47,277 bases of DNA from a virus, in the IMG/VR virus record IMGVR_UViG_3300048837_000371, positions 1 to 47,277 of that record; one strand, given 5' to 3'. The notes under the pieces are model-generated. The model was given only the letters and a program-made list of their open reading frames with translations. It did no database searches and had not been told where the DNA came from. Position 1 is the first letter of the stretch. Each line of letters opens with the position of its first letter. Below, one piece after another: positions 8,585-16,958 of the stretch. The translations under genes were made by a program, and so were the position numbers.

Positions 8585-8618
8585 GTCTGCATCTCCGAAA
8601 AGGTGGCGGTGGCCGGTG

Positions 8619-8641
8619 CCCGGGGCGGTGGCCGCCCCGGG
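8619..8641 (-). terminator. Strong GC hairpin immediately downstream of the coat gene (attenuator or RNA-stability element)
   Basis: cccggggcgg-tgg-ccgccccggg: 10-bp perfect stem with a 3-nt loop. A short CTTTTC run follows about 20 nt downstream on the minus strand, so it is not a canonical terminator. Confidence 0.4.
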
Positions 8642-8650
8642 CGTCCCGGG

Positions 8651-9703
8651 TCAGTAGATCGACAGGACGGCGTGCGCGTTGCGCTTGCCGGTGGTGAGCG
8701 CGGCCTTCGAGGTCAGCGCCCAATAGTGCACGTAACGGTCGTACACGCGAGGCGGCTTGCGCGACACCATCCAGTGCCCCTTGATCGGGCGCAGCTTCAG
8801 GAAGCTCGTGTTGATGAAGTAGCAGCGCTTCGACCACTCGACAGTCGGCGCATCCGCCGCGTCGAGGTCATCGAACACCGGGTCCCACACCAGCTCGACG
8901 CCCTTGAAGTAGACGCCACTGACCGACGCGTCCAGCCCCGTCTGGCCGTTGCCCAACGTGTTGAGGCGACGGTTCACGGTGTCGCTGGCATCCCGGCGAT
9001 ACGCGTCGAGGAAGTCGGCGCCAACCAGGATGAAGTCCGGCTTCTTGCCGCCGCGGCGGGTGCACTCGCGCCACGCGATCTCCATGCGGTCGACGAGGTT
9101 GCCCGAGGTCGCCGTGGAGATGTCGATGTCCGCGTAGTTCCTCCACCACGAATAGGTCTGCTGGTTGAGGGCGCCGATCGTCGCGCTGGCGCTCGGAGTC
9201 GTCGAGATCAGGCTGTCGAGGCCCGGGATGTCCGTCGCGGACGCCGTGCCGTCGCGGTGCAGCATGAGGTCGAAGTTCTCCTCGAAGCCCAGCTTCAGCG
9301 TCTCCATGTTCTCGGACAGGAGGTTCGTGAGCTGCACCTTCTCGGCATCGGTCGGGACGGCGTTCTTGTCGTCCGTCATGGTGATGCCGTTCTGCGCCAG
9401 CTCGTCCTCGTTCAGACCGAAGCCGTCGTGGAAACTGCCCCACGTGAACTTCGCCTGCTGCAGCGTGCGCTTGCGGTTGTAGGAAACCTGCGAGTCGCCG
9501 AAGTACGACTGGAAGTTCGAGTCGTTCTGATAGCGGAGCTGCTCGGTGACGTACTGCAGGCCGCCCGCGTAGGGCGACTTGCCGGCCGTCAGCTTCTTGA
9601 TGAGCGGGCGCTCGGTGTTGATCTGGTCGATCGGGTCGTTCTTGAGGAAGTAGTCGATCGCGTGCTTACCAGCGTAGGCAAGCTGTTCGGTATTGAAAGG
9701 CAT
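8651..9703 (-). CDS. Major capsid protein
   Basis: ATG 9703 is preceded by a GGAGAA RBS. The ORF-track start at 9748 lies 15 codons upstream without an RBS. 350 aa (MPFNTEQLAYAGKHAIDYFL...). A hairpin and then a terminator follow it. It sits in the portal-scaffold-coat order. No enzymatic motifs. Confidence 0.7.
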   Translation of the reverse strand: MPFNTEQLAYAGKHAIDYFLKNDPIDQINTERPLIKKLTAGKSPYAGGLQYVTEQLRYQNDSNFQSYFGDSQVSYNRKRTLQQAKFTWGSFHDGFGLNEDELAQNGITMTDDKNAVPTDAEKVQLTNLLSENMETLKLGFEENFDLMLHRDGTASATDIPGLDSLISTTPSASATIGALNQQTYSWWRNYADIDISTATSGNLVDRMEIAWRECTRRGGKKPDFILVGADFLDAYRRDASDTVNRRLNTLGNGQTGLDASVSGVYFKGVELVWDPVFDDLDAADAPTVEWSKRCYFINTSFLKLRPIKGHWMVSRKPPRVYDRYVHYWALTSKAALTTGKRNAHAVLSIY

Positions 9704-9838
9704 GGTCGTTCTCCAAATGACAAAGGAATTACGCTTTGCCAGGAGCAACGAGCCTGGAACTTTGCCGGTTGCGAACCCGGTCGCCCTTGCGGGTAGGGGT
9801 GCTCCCCTCGGCGCAGTTGCTTTGCGAACGGAATGAGA

Positions 9839-10624
9839 TCACGGTGCAACGAGGCTGTCAACTTTTTCTATCAGCCCCCCGCGCTCGTACAGCGCGACCT
9901 CCGCCTCGTCGGCTGGGAACACGTATCCGGCCGGTATCTCGGTGCGAGAGTGCTTGCACAGGAAGGCGCGCTTGGCGCGCACGTGCGACCACCTCATCGT
10001 CTCGTAGGGCTGCAGGCTCGTCGGCATGTGGAACGGGCCGGGCGCTTCATCCGGGCGATACGCCGGGAACAGGTTGAACAGTGCGCCGAGCGGCGGGCGG
10101 ATCATGGCGCCGGTGAGCCGCGACTGCAGCCGTTGGTAGCGGCTGCGCCAGTGGCTTTCGGATAGCCCCTTGCTGACGTTGCGATCAGCCGGAGCGTAGA
10201 AGTACGTTCCGCCCTGATAGCAGTCGAAGCCAATCGGCACTATCGGGCGACATCCGAGCAACGCTGCCAAGCCTATCGCCATCATCCCGCTGTTGCCTTG
10301 CACCGGCCACGCGCCGAGGCGGAAGTCCGCCCAATGCTGCCGGCTCACGAGCGGCACGCCGTACTTGCGCATGACGGGCTCCATCAACTCCTGCGTCTCG
10401 GTGTGGCGATGATCCTTGCACACGACGTAATGCGGACGGATGCCAAGCCGAAATGCGTGCGCGTTGGCCGAGATGATGACGGCGTTCTTCGGGAACGCTA
10501 CGAGCGCTGCGAGCTGCTCCGGCGCGCTCGGCCCGCCGCCGATCACGAGCGCCAGGCGGTCCTGCGCAGCGCGATACAGCGTCGAGACGTGGCTACCGTT
10601 CGGCACGAGTCGCGCGTCAGACAT
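9839..10624 (-). CDS. Cst-II (GT42) / Maf (DUF115)-like glycosyltransferase
   Basis: 261 aa. The start overlaps the upstream stop (ATGTCTGA). Motifs in order: LALVIGGGPSAPEQL, VIISANAHAF..GIRPHYVVCKD, NSGMMAIGLAALLGCRPIVPIGFDCYQGG. Compare my recollection of Cst-II: IAGNGPSL and GIDFYQ. Confidence 0.55.
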   Translation of the reverse strand: MSDARLVPNGSHVSTLYRAAQDRLALVIGGGPSAPEQLAALVAFPKNAVIISANAHAFRLGIRPHYVVCKDHRHTETQELMEPVMRKYGVPLVSRQHWADFRLGAWPVQGNSGMMAIGLAALLGCRPIVPIGFDCYQGGTYFYAPADRNVSKGLSESHWRSRYQRLQSRLTGAMIRPPLGALFNLFPAYRPDEAPGPFHMPTSLQPYETMRWSHVRAKRAFLCKHSRTEIPAGYVFPADEAEVALYERGGLIEKVDSLVAP

Positions 10625-11456
10625 AGTGCTTCGTGATCCAGGGCGACATTGCGTGCGCCCGTGGATCCCAAGGCTTGTACTCGCCTGCGAATATCACGAC
10701 GCGAGAACCCTTCGGCAGAGCCCCCGGCGGGTCGTAAACCGGGGCGGCGGCTTTCGGTTGGCCGGAACCGTGGGTTACGACTGACCGCCGCGATCCGTGC
10801 GTCTGGTGCTCGCGGCGGCGACGGGGCTTCCGATATGCGCGGTACGCGCGGTGCGACGGATGGTTTGCGATCATATGCAGATACGCATGTACGCCATCCG
10901 CGTTCGTCCACGTCGCGGCGTCCGGCGACAGGCAGTATCGGATCCACGCCTGGTCCGAGCCACGCATCCCGGCCCTGGTGGTGAGTTCTGGTGAGCGCAC
11001 GGGGTCGAACTCGCTCCAGACCTTCTCGCGGCTGCCGGCAGTCTGGAGGAACATCGAGCCGTTGTAGTGATCGTCGCCGCGCGCGTCGTAGATGATGAAG
11101 TCGTCCGGCCGACGCCACAGCGGCGCCACGTCGTCAACGAGCACCATATCGAGGTCGAGCGACACGAAGCGGCGACCAAACACCTTCTCCATCTCGCCCG
11201 AGAACAGTTTGAGCCGCGGGTAGCAATTCGGCCTTGATGTCGGGTGCGACGGATTCACTAAATCGAAGTGGTCCGGCCACAGGGGGACGTACTCGATAGC
11301 CGGGTCGAGGCCGGTCGGATCGTCCGTCACGCAGAAAAAGCGGTGCGGATGGTTGTAGCACCGCGCCACCATGCGCCGCAACGTGTTGACGTGCTCGGCA
11401 GAGTACGCCGTCCGATAGGTCGGCTTGACGTACTTGAACGTGATGACGGAAATCAT
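10617..11456 (-). CDS. GT-A type (DXD) glycosyltransferase
   Basis: ATG 11456 overlaps the stop of the MTase gene (ATGA); the ORF-track start at 11549 is further upstream. 279 aa. FFCVTDD, CYPRLKLFS, FVSLDLDMVLVDDV (DXD) and YNGSMFL are typical of GT8/GT32-like nucleotide-sugar transferases. Confidence 0.6.
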   Translation of the reverse strand: MISVITFKYVKPTYRTAYSAEHVNTLRRMVARCYNHPHRFFCVTDDPTGLDPAIEYVPLWPDHFDLVNPSHPTSRPNCYPRLKLFSGEMEKVFGRRFVSLDLDMVLVDDVAPLWRRPDDFIIYDARGDDHYNGSMFLQTAGSREKVWSEFDPVRSPELTTRAGMRGSDQAWIRYCLSPDAATWTNADGVHAYLHMIANHPSHRAYRAYRKPRRRREHQTHGSRRSVVTHGSGQPKAAAPVYDPPGALPKGSRVVIFAGEYKPWDPRAHAMSPWITKHYV

Positions 11457-12142
11457 GTTGGCAGCAGGAAGGCCACTGCGACATCCGGCAGCGGGCGTTC
11501 TATGCGGACTAGCAGACCCTCCTTCACATGGCGCATCACCGCCTCCCACGGTCCCGTGATCGTGTCGAGCCCGGGCTGTAGCTTGAACCCAGGGGGTTGC
11601 ATATCATCCAGGAACATGAACCCCCCGTCGTTTATCCGGGCGAGCGACAAAGGAATCTCGGCGTACACCCCGCGCGGATCATGCCAGCCGTCGATCGAAA
11701 CGAAGTCGAACTTCTGCCAGGTGTGCTTCAGGTACTCCACGGAGTCCTGCGTCACGAACTCCACCCGGTCGAGCACGCCCGCGGCCTCGAGCATTTCGCG
11801 CGGGGATTGCGGCCGCTCGCGTAGGCGCCAATGGGAGTCCGGTGCGTCGTTGGCGTCCCTGATGTCCACCGTCACGACCTTGCCATCCGGACCTACGGCG
11901 AGCGCATAGGCGAGCGCGCTGGTGCCAAGGAAGGTGCCGATGTCTAGTACCGTCTTGCACCCCGCGGCGCGGATTACCTTGAACAGCATTTCGCGCGTGT
12001 CAATGCCCATCGCACACGACACACCGCGCACGCCGAGTCGATCAATGACGGAGAGGGCCTCGCGCCACTGCGCGTCGAGTTCAGGATCCGTTTCCCAGTC
12101 AGGAAGGGCGCCGCGGAGGTGCCCAGTCGCGATAACAGACAT
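11453..12142 (-). CDS. Class I SAM-dependent methyltransferase (O-MTase family 3 / Methyltransf_24-like)
   Basis: 229 aa from ATG 12142. Motif I VLDIGTFLGTSALAYA, VVTVDI, and FDFVSIDGWH (post-II acidic motif). Confidence 0.7.
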   Translation of the reverse strand: MSVIATGHLRGALPDWETDPELDAQWREALSVIDRLGVRGVSCAMGIDTREMLFKVIRAAGCKTVLDIGTFLGTSALAYALAVGPDGKVVTVDIRDANDAPDSHWRLRERPQSPREMLEAAGVLDRVEFVTQDSVEYLKHTWQKFDFVSIDGWHDPRGVYAEIPLSLARINDGGFMFLDDMQPPGFKLQPGLDTITGPWEAVMRHVKEGLLVRIERPLPDVAVAFLLPT

Positions 12143-12350
12143 TTTCAGGCTCCGGGTAGAGGGCCTCGCGCGCCTTCGCTTCGAGGATTGCGGTTGCAAT
12201 GCAGTGATCGACCTCGTGCGGGTGGAGCCAGTCGACGAAGGCTGCCAGCCGCTTGAACCTGCCGTTCGACACGTTACGACCGAGGAACCCCGAGATAGTC
12301 TCGCGCGGCATCGTATCGAACGGCCACAGCAAAAGGGCGCACCACAGCAT
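12099..12350 (-). CDS. Small hypothetical protein with hydrophobic N-terminus
   Basis: 83 aa from ATG 12350, 9 nt after the ATP-grasp stop: MLWCALLLWPFDTMPRETISGFLGR...HPHEVDHC. It fills the 217-nt space between the ATP-grasp and MTase genes. The start is uncertain (ORF-track start 12437). It overlaps the MTase start by 44 nt. Confidence 0.45.
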   Translation of the reverse strand: MLWCALLLWPFDTMPRETISGFLGRNVSNGRFKRLAAFVDWLHPHEVDHCIATAILEAKAREALYPEPENVCYRDWAPPRRPS

Positions 12351-12358
12351 GTTGAGTG

Positions 12359-13309
12359 CTAGGCGAACGTGGTAGGCGATTCTGCACGCGCGTCGGTCCA
12401 TGTCCCAGCCTCGTATTCGTCGAACATCAGGTCCCACAGTTCAGCCCACTTGCGCGTCGTCGGTCCAAAGAACTGCGCCTCCATGCAGTTTCCTGGCGAC
12501 GGCCAAGGCCATCCGAGGCTGGTCTCTAGCAGTTTCCATGAGCCCCCGTAGCGTAGAATGTCGAGGGCGCACCACCTTGTTCCTATCGCCTCGAACACCT
12601 CGTCAGCGAAGTCTAGGAGACTGGTGGTGGTCTCGTCCAGCGCAGTTACCCCATCCACATTGCCGGTCTGCGCGACGTGCGTTCCGGGGGCGTTATATCG
12701 CTTGAAGATGGCGCGACCGCGGCCGATGATGTTGACGCGCCACGTTATGTCGTGCTGGACATACTCCTGCAGAAGCACATAGCCGCGCTGCCGCGACTTC
12801 GCCTGCTCCCCTGCACGACCGCCCGCGCAGTGGTCGACCTCGATGCCTCGCCCGAATATCTGCCGGCAGTGCTCGATCAGTTCCCGGCGTGTGCGCAGGA
12901 TGCGGACATTCTTGCTGCTTGCGCCAACGTCGGCCTTCGACACGATCCAGCGGCCCTCGATCGGAAAGTGCCGCGCGAACTGCAGCGCGTTGTCCAGCTT
13001 CTCGAAGCGCCAGGTCTGCGGCATCCACTTCGCCCACCGGAAGAACTGCGCGCTCTTGTCGTCGTAGACCTCGACCTGCGCGTAGTCCTGCACCATCGTC
13101 AGGTGCTCGGCCATCTGCACCCAGTCGAGATGGTTGCGGTCGAGGATCGCCGGGATGGCGTGCGGGCGGATGAAGCCGAGCCCGCTCCGCCCACGCGCCT
13201 GCCCCCCTCGTGTGATGCGCTTCGCGTCGTACCCGCGGCGCACGGCCGTCTCGATAGCGGGGCCGTGCCAGTTGCCCCGCTCGTCTAGGATCGTGAATTG
13301 CGGTGCCAC
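12359..13309 (-). CDS. ATP-grasp family ligase
   Basis: GTG 13309 is preceded by AAGGAG at 5-nt spacing; the ORF-track start at 13384 lacks an RBS. 316 aa. WIVSKADVGASSKNVRIL (ATP-binding Lys region), YVLLQEYVQHDITWRVNIIG, WCALDIL...KLLETS (Mg-binding acidic residues) follow ATP-grasp order. Confidence 0.65.
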   Translation of the reverse strand: MAPQFTILDERGNWHGPAIETAVRRGYDAKRITRGGQARGRSGLGFIRPHAIPAILDRNHLDWVQMAEHLTMVQDYAQVEVYDDKSAQFFRWAKWMPQTWRFEKLDNALQFARHFPIEGRWIVSKADVGASSKNVRILRTRRELIEHCRQIFGRGIEVDHCAGGRAGEQAKSRQRGYVLLQEYVQHDITWRVNIIGRGRAIFKRYNAPGTHVAQTGNVDGVTALDETTTSLLDFADEVFEAIGTRWCALDILRYGGSWKLLETSLGWPWPSPGNCMEAQFFGPTTRKWAELWDLMFDEYEAGTWTDARAESPTTFA

Positions 13310-13542
13310 TTGCGCTCCTTGGGCTGCAGTTTCCCGGGCCTGCGCGCAGCGAACAGCGCAATCGGCGCCGCGGAAAAGTCCCACGAGTAGTCTATTGGAT
13401 TCTCGAGCGACTTGAGGTGCCTGGCGATGGCGCGTTCACGCTCTTTGCCGTGCAAAACGCGCCCGACGACGGGAATTCCCAATTCCGCTTCAGGGGCAAC
13501 CGAAGGGGCTGCAACCTCGCCGTCGCCGGGCGCGCGATCCAC
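13285..13542 (-). CDS. Possible 85-aa ORF between scaffold and ATP-grasp genes
   Basis: GTG at 13542 starts 1 nt after the scaffold TAA and is in frame with ORF-track entry 13285..13752. By my count about three quarters of its third codon positions are G or C. No motif. The stretch could instead be non-coding spacer. Confidence 0.3.
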   Translation of the reverse strand: MDRAPGDGEVAAPSVAPEAELGIPVVGRVLHGKERERAIARHLKSLENPIDYSWDFSAAPIALFAARRPGKLQPKERKWHRNSRS

Positions 13543-13543
13543 G

Positions 13544-14719
13544 TTACCGGCTCGCCGCGGTAATGCCTGCGCTGACCGCATCGAGCAAGTTCTTCGGCTC
13601 CGGGCGCGCGCCGCCAGCGGGTTGCTGTGCGCGCAGAGGGGTGTTGCCGCCCCCGCCGCCGGTCGCTGGTGCTCGCGGTGTCGGAGTGGGTGTGGGCACG
13701 CTCGGTGCGGCGGGGACGGCGAGTTCATTATACGCCCGTCGGAACGTCGCAACCCACTCGCGCGGAGGAATCGTAGCGAACACGGGTTTCAAAGTTTTGA
13801 CGAGGATCGCCTTTTTCGTCGGGTATGCCGGATCCCGCATAAGCTGCTGCTCGAGCGCCGTGAGCCCGGCCCTCGCGGACGCAATCTCGCGCTGCGTCTC
13901 GGCCGTCACGCGCTGCTGCTCGGCGGTCATCTGCGTCCTGCGCTGCTGGAAGTTCCGCGCCTCGCGCGAGGCCGCGATCTCCTGCGCATCTTCGATCGAC
14001 AGCTTGCCGGCGCCGACTTTCTGGATCAGGTCGTCATGGCCCTCGAGCATATTCACGCCCGGGACCGGCTTGCCGATCATCTTCGCAATCGAGATCGTCT
14101 CGCGCTGCAGGAACTCGAGGAGCTGTTCCTTGTCCTCGCGCGCATCGCTGTTCACGAGTCGCAGGTAGTCGAGCGCCTGCGCATACTGCTCAGGCGTCGC
14201 GTTGGTCTGCTTGATCTCGTGCATGATGAACGAGTAGTTGCTCTCGACGGTCTTGAGCTTCTCGTCCTTCTCCTGGACCATGCCGATCAGCGTCTTGATG
14301 CGCTCCTTCGTCTCGCGCTTGAGCGCGTTCGGGAGCGGATCATTCAGCGGATCAGGTTCCTTCGCTCCGGCGGCAGGAGGCGTGTCACCGTCGCCGTCCA
14401 CAGGCTTATCCTTGCCGTCGTCAGCTCCAGGATCAGCGCCCTCGCCATCGCCTTCGCCCTCAGCGCCCTCGGTACCGGCCGCTTCGCCAGCCGGTGCGCC
14501 ATCATCTGCGCCCTCGCCTCCTGCAGCCGTTGCCGGTGCACTGCCCCCTCCATCAGCGCCGTCCACAGCCGGAGCTGCATCTGTTGGAGTAGCAGGTTGC
14601 GCATCGTCGGTGCCTCCTGTAGCAGCCGGGGGCGGGGTGGGGTCGGCGGCCGGCGGCGATGACGCCTCGGCGATACCGGAACTGATGGCGGCCAACAGGC
14701 CCTCGTTCTCTCCTGACAT
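13544..14719 (-). CDS. Scaffolding protein
   Basis: 391 aa. AGGAGG RBS. About 130 aa of acidic Ala/Gly/Asp/Pro low-complexity sequence is followed by a long helical, charged region. Lies directly after the portal gene. Confidence 0.6.
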   Translation of the reverse strand: MSGENEGLLAAISSGIAEASSPPAADPTPPPAATGGTDDAQPATPTDAAPAVDGADGGGSAPATAAGGEGADDGAPAGEAAGTEGAEGEGDGEGADPGADDGKDKPVDGDGDTPPAAGAKEPDPLNDPLPNALKRETKERIKTLIGMVQEKDEKLKTVESNYSFIMHEIKQTNATPEQYAQALDYLRLVNSDAREDKEQLLEFLQRETISIAKMIGKPVPGVNMLEGHDDLIQKVGAGKLSIEDAQEIAASREARNFQQRRTQMTAEQQRVTAETQREIASARAGLTALEQQLMRDPAYPTKKAILVKTLKPVFATIPPREWVATFRRAYNELAVPAAPSVPTPTPTPRAPATGGGGGNTPLRAQQPAGGARPEPKNLLDAVSAGITAASR

Positions 14720-14731
14720 GGGATCCTCCTG

Positions 14732-16948
14732 TTACATCAACGGCGGCTCGAGCGCGGGTGCGTCGAGCATTGGCGGTTCACTGACGGATGGCGCAACGCC
14801 CGGGACGCCGCCCGCGGCCGAATCGCCCGGCACCGGGGGCGGCATACCGCCCGCGGCCGGATCGCCCGGCACGGCGCCCGGGGCGCCGGGCATCGGCGGT
14901 AGCGCCGGCGGGGCCATCGGCGTCGCGATTTGCGGCAGGAAGCGGCTCGGGTCGGACTCGTCGCCCATGCGAACCATCGTTTCCTTGACCAGCTCCGAGA
15001 GCGCCTTGACGGTGTTGACGTCGCCCATCGCGGCGGCCTGCATGAGCTGGACGAGCGTTTCCTTGATCGTGGGGAGAATGACCGCCCACGCTTCCTTGTC
15101 GCCCGCGGCCTTCGGCTTGCCGGTCGTACCGGCCTCAATGTTGATCTCGACCATCGTGAGGAGGTCGTCGATTGCCATGCCGTGCGGCCAGAACGCCTTG
15201 GAGCCCGCGATGCGCTGTGCGTCGTTCCCGTCGAGCGCCTGGATGGCAAGCTCGGCGGTGTACTGCGCGAGGTCGTTCATCATCGTTTCGATGACATCGC
15301 GGTCAGCCGTCGTGCGCGAGGCGAAGCCGGACTGCTGAATCTCGGCCTCCGTCGCCGTTTTCGGCGCCGTCGAGGACTGCTGCAGCGCTTCCTGCACGCC
15401 GCTGATGCGCTCCATGTCGGCGAGGATCTGCGTCGTGTCGAACAGGCGCATATCGCCGACGGCGATCGGCTTCTCGGTGAACAGGTCGCGGAGCGGCTGT
15501 TCGGGGTTCGTCGGGTCGATGCCGACGAACTCCTGATGCACGCTCGTCTCGATGCGACGGGCATCTTCGGGCTTGACGCCCGACTTGTTGAAGATCGTCC
15601 CGGGCACCGCGCGCTGACGCGTCAGGCGCATGGACGAGCGGGCCGAGCAATACTCGTCCATCAGCTTCATCAGGCGCCACGGGAGCGACTGCGGGTGCCG
15701 CGTGCCGTCGACCGGGTAGAAGCCGATCGCGAAGTACGGGTAGAAGCGGCTCGAGGCGTAGTCGGGCTGGTACGGCTTCTTCGCCCAGCGCTTCACGCCG
15801 TCGATCATGGTGTGCACGTGGCCGGTGCGCTTGTTCCACAGCTCGACCACCTTGGCGTGCGGCAGGCCCTTGTTCCCGTCGTCGCCCGTGCCGGAGGTGT
15901 ACTGCTCGGCCTCCTCCGCGTGCGCATCGCCGTCGGCCATGCCGGTGAGCTTCACGCGCTCCGATAGCGGCTCGAGTTCGCGGGTAGCGCGCTGGTAGTA
16001 GTGCTTGGCCGCCTTCACGTCCTCCTCGGCCAAGTCGGGGAACATCGCGCGCAGCTCGGAGACGGGACGGTAGATCGCGTTCGCGTTCCACCCGGCGTCC
16101 TTGTGGTCGAGCACGTTGCGCACGTCGAGCGACACCTGCATGTCCTCGGGCGAAACGAAGTCGATCGCGAGGCACTTGCGCATCGCGACCTCGAGGCGGT
16201 TCGCCACGCTGTCCTCGAGTTCGCGCAGCTTCAACATCTCGGCGTCGTACTTCTCCGGCTCCATGCGCTCGGTCGAGTACGGCTCGGCGGGTTCGACCGG
16301 CTCCATGCCAGGCACTTCGAGCCCGGGGTCGGCGGCCGGGTCGAGCCCGTTCTGCGCCTCGGTCTGCTCCTGCATCTTGCGGCGCTGGTCCTCGAGCCGC
16401 TTGATGTTGTCGCGCACGTCGTCCAGCTCGCTCTTGAGCTGGGGGATGTTGGCGCCGTTCGACACCATGATGACCTTGAGCCAGCCGACGCCGGTGGTCA
16501 GGGTCGAGCGCACCTGCTCGCGGGCACGCGTCTTGAGCGCCGTCTGCGGGCGCTTCCACAGCGCCGAGACGATGAGCTGCATCGTCTTGGCGAAGTCGTC
16601 CTCACCCTGCGTGCCGGTGTTGTCAACGCGCGGCGCTTTCTTCGCCGACACGTCCGGGTTGCGGGCGTAGAGGAACGACACGAGGATGTCGATGAAGGCG
16701 CCGATCAGGTTCGCGCTCACTGCCCAATCGAGGTTCGCGGTGCCGGCGGCGTAGCGCCGGTCGACGGCGTACTGCGCGCGGATGGTCTTGTCGAACTCGC
16801 GCGCCTGCTCGTACTCCTTCCACAGCGCGCTGACCTCGTGCTCCTCCTTGAGCTTCTCGGCCGCCTTCTGCTCGTCGAGGTCCGCGTTGTCGGCGGCCTG
16901 CACGCCCTGCTCGACGACTTCGAGCATCTCCGGGTTGTTCGGGTCCAC
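14732..16948 (-). CDS. Portal protein
   Basis: 738 aa. GTG start with a GAGGT RBS, 11 nt after the terL stop. Size and the terL-portal-scaffold order are typical. Confidence 0.75.
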   Translation of the reverse strand: MDPNNPEMLEVVEQGVQAADNADLDEQKAAEKLKEEHEVSALWKEYEQAREFDKTIRAQYAVDRRYAAGTANLDWAVSANLIGAFIDILVSFLYARNPDVSAKKAPRVDNTGTQGEDDFAKTMQLIVSALWKRPQTALKTRAREQVRSTLTTGVGWLKVIMVSNGANIPQLKSELDDVRDNIKRLEDQRRKMQEQTEAQNGLDPAADPGLEVPGMEPVEPAEPYSTERMEPEKYDAEMLKLRELEDSVANRLEVAMRKCLAIDFVSPEDMQVSLDVRNVLDHKDAGWNANAIYRPVSELRAMFPDLAEEDVKAAKHYYQRATRELEPLSERVKLTGMADGDAHAEEAEQYTSGTGDDGNKGLPHAKVVELWNKRTGHVHTMIDGVKRWAKKPYQPDYASSRFYPYFAIGFYPVDGTRHPQSLPWRLMKLMDEYCSARSSMRLTRQRAVPGTIFNKSGVKPEDARRIETSVHQEFVGIDPTNPEQPLRDLFTEKPIAVGDMRLFDTTQILADMERISGVQEALQQSSTAPKTATEAEIQQSGFASRTTADRDVIETMMNDLAQYTAELAIQALDGNDAQRIAGSKAFWPHGMAIDDLLTMVEINIEAGTTGKPKAAGDKEAWAVILPTIKETLVQLMQAAAMGDVNTVKALSELVKETMVRMGDESDPSRFLPQIATPMAPPALPPMPGAPGAVPGDPAAGGMPPPVPGDSAAGGVPGVAPSVSEPPMLDAPALEPPLM

Positions 16949-16958
16949 TAGCGGTACC

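Noticed and set aside
9734-9766. The GGCAAAG heptamer in sense orientation upstream of the coat gene (two copies, 26 bp apart), at 13443-13449 upstream of the cassette, and at 24783-24789 upstream of the primase gene. It was considered as a possible phage-specific promoter motif.
   Set aside because: It is only 7 nt long, its distances to the start codons are inconsistent, and one copy may lie inside a coding ORF. It cannot be distinguished from chance without a genome-wide enrichment test or transcript start mapping.
12099-12350. HEVDH (an HExxH zinc-protease-like motif) in the 83-aa cassette protein.
   Set aside because: The protein is far too short for a metalloprotease fold, and the pentapeptide occurs without the downstream third ligand. 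It is treated as coincidental.
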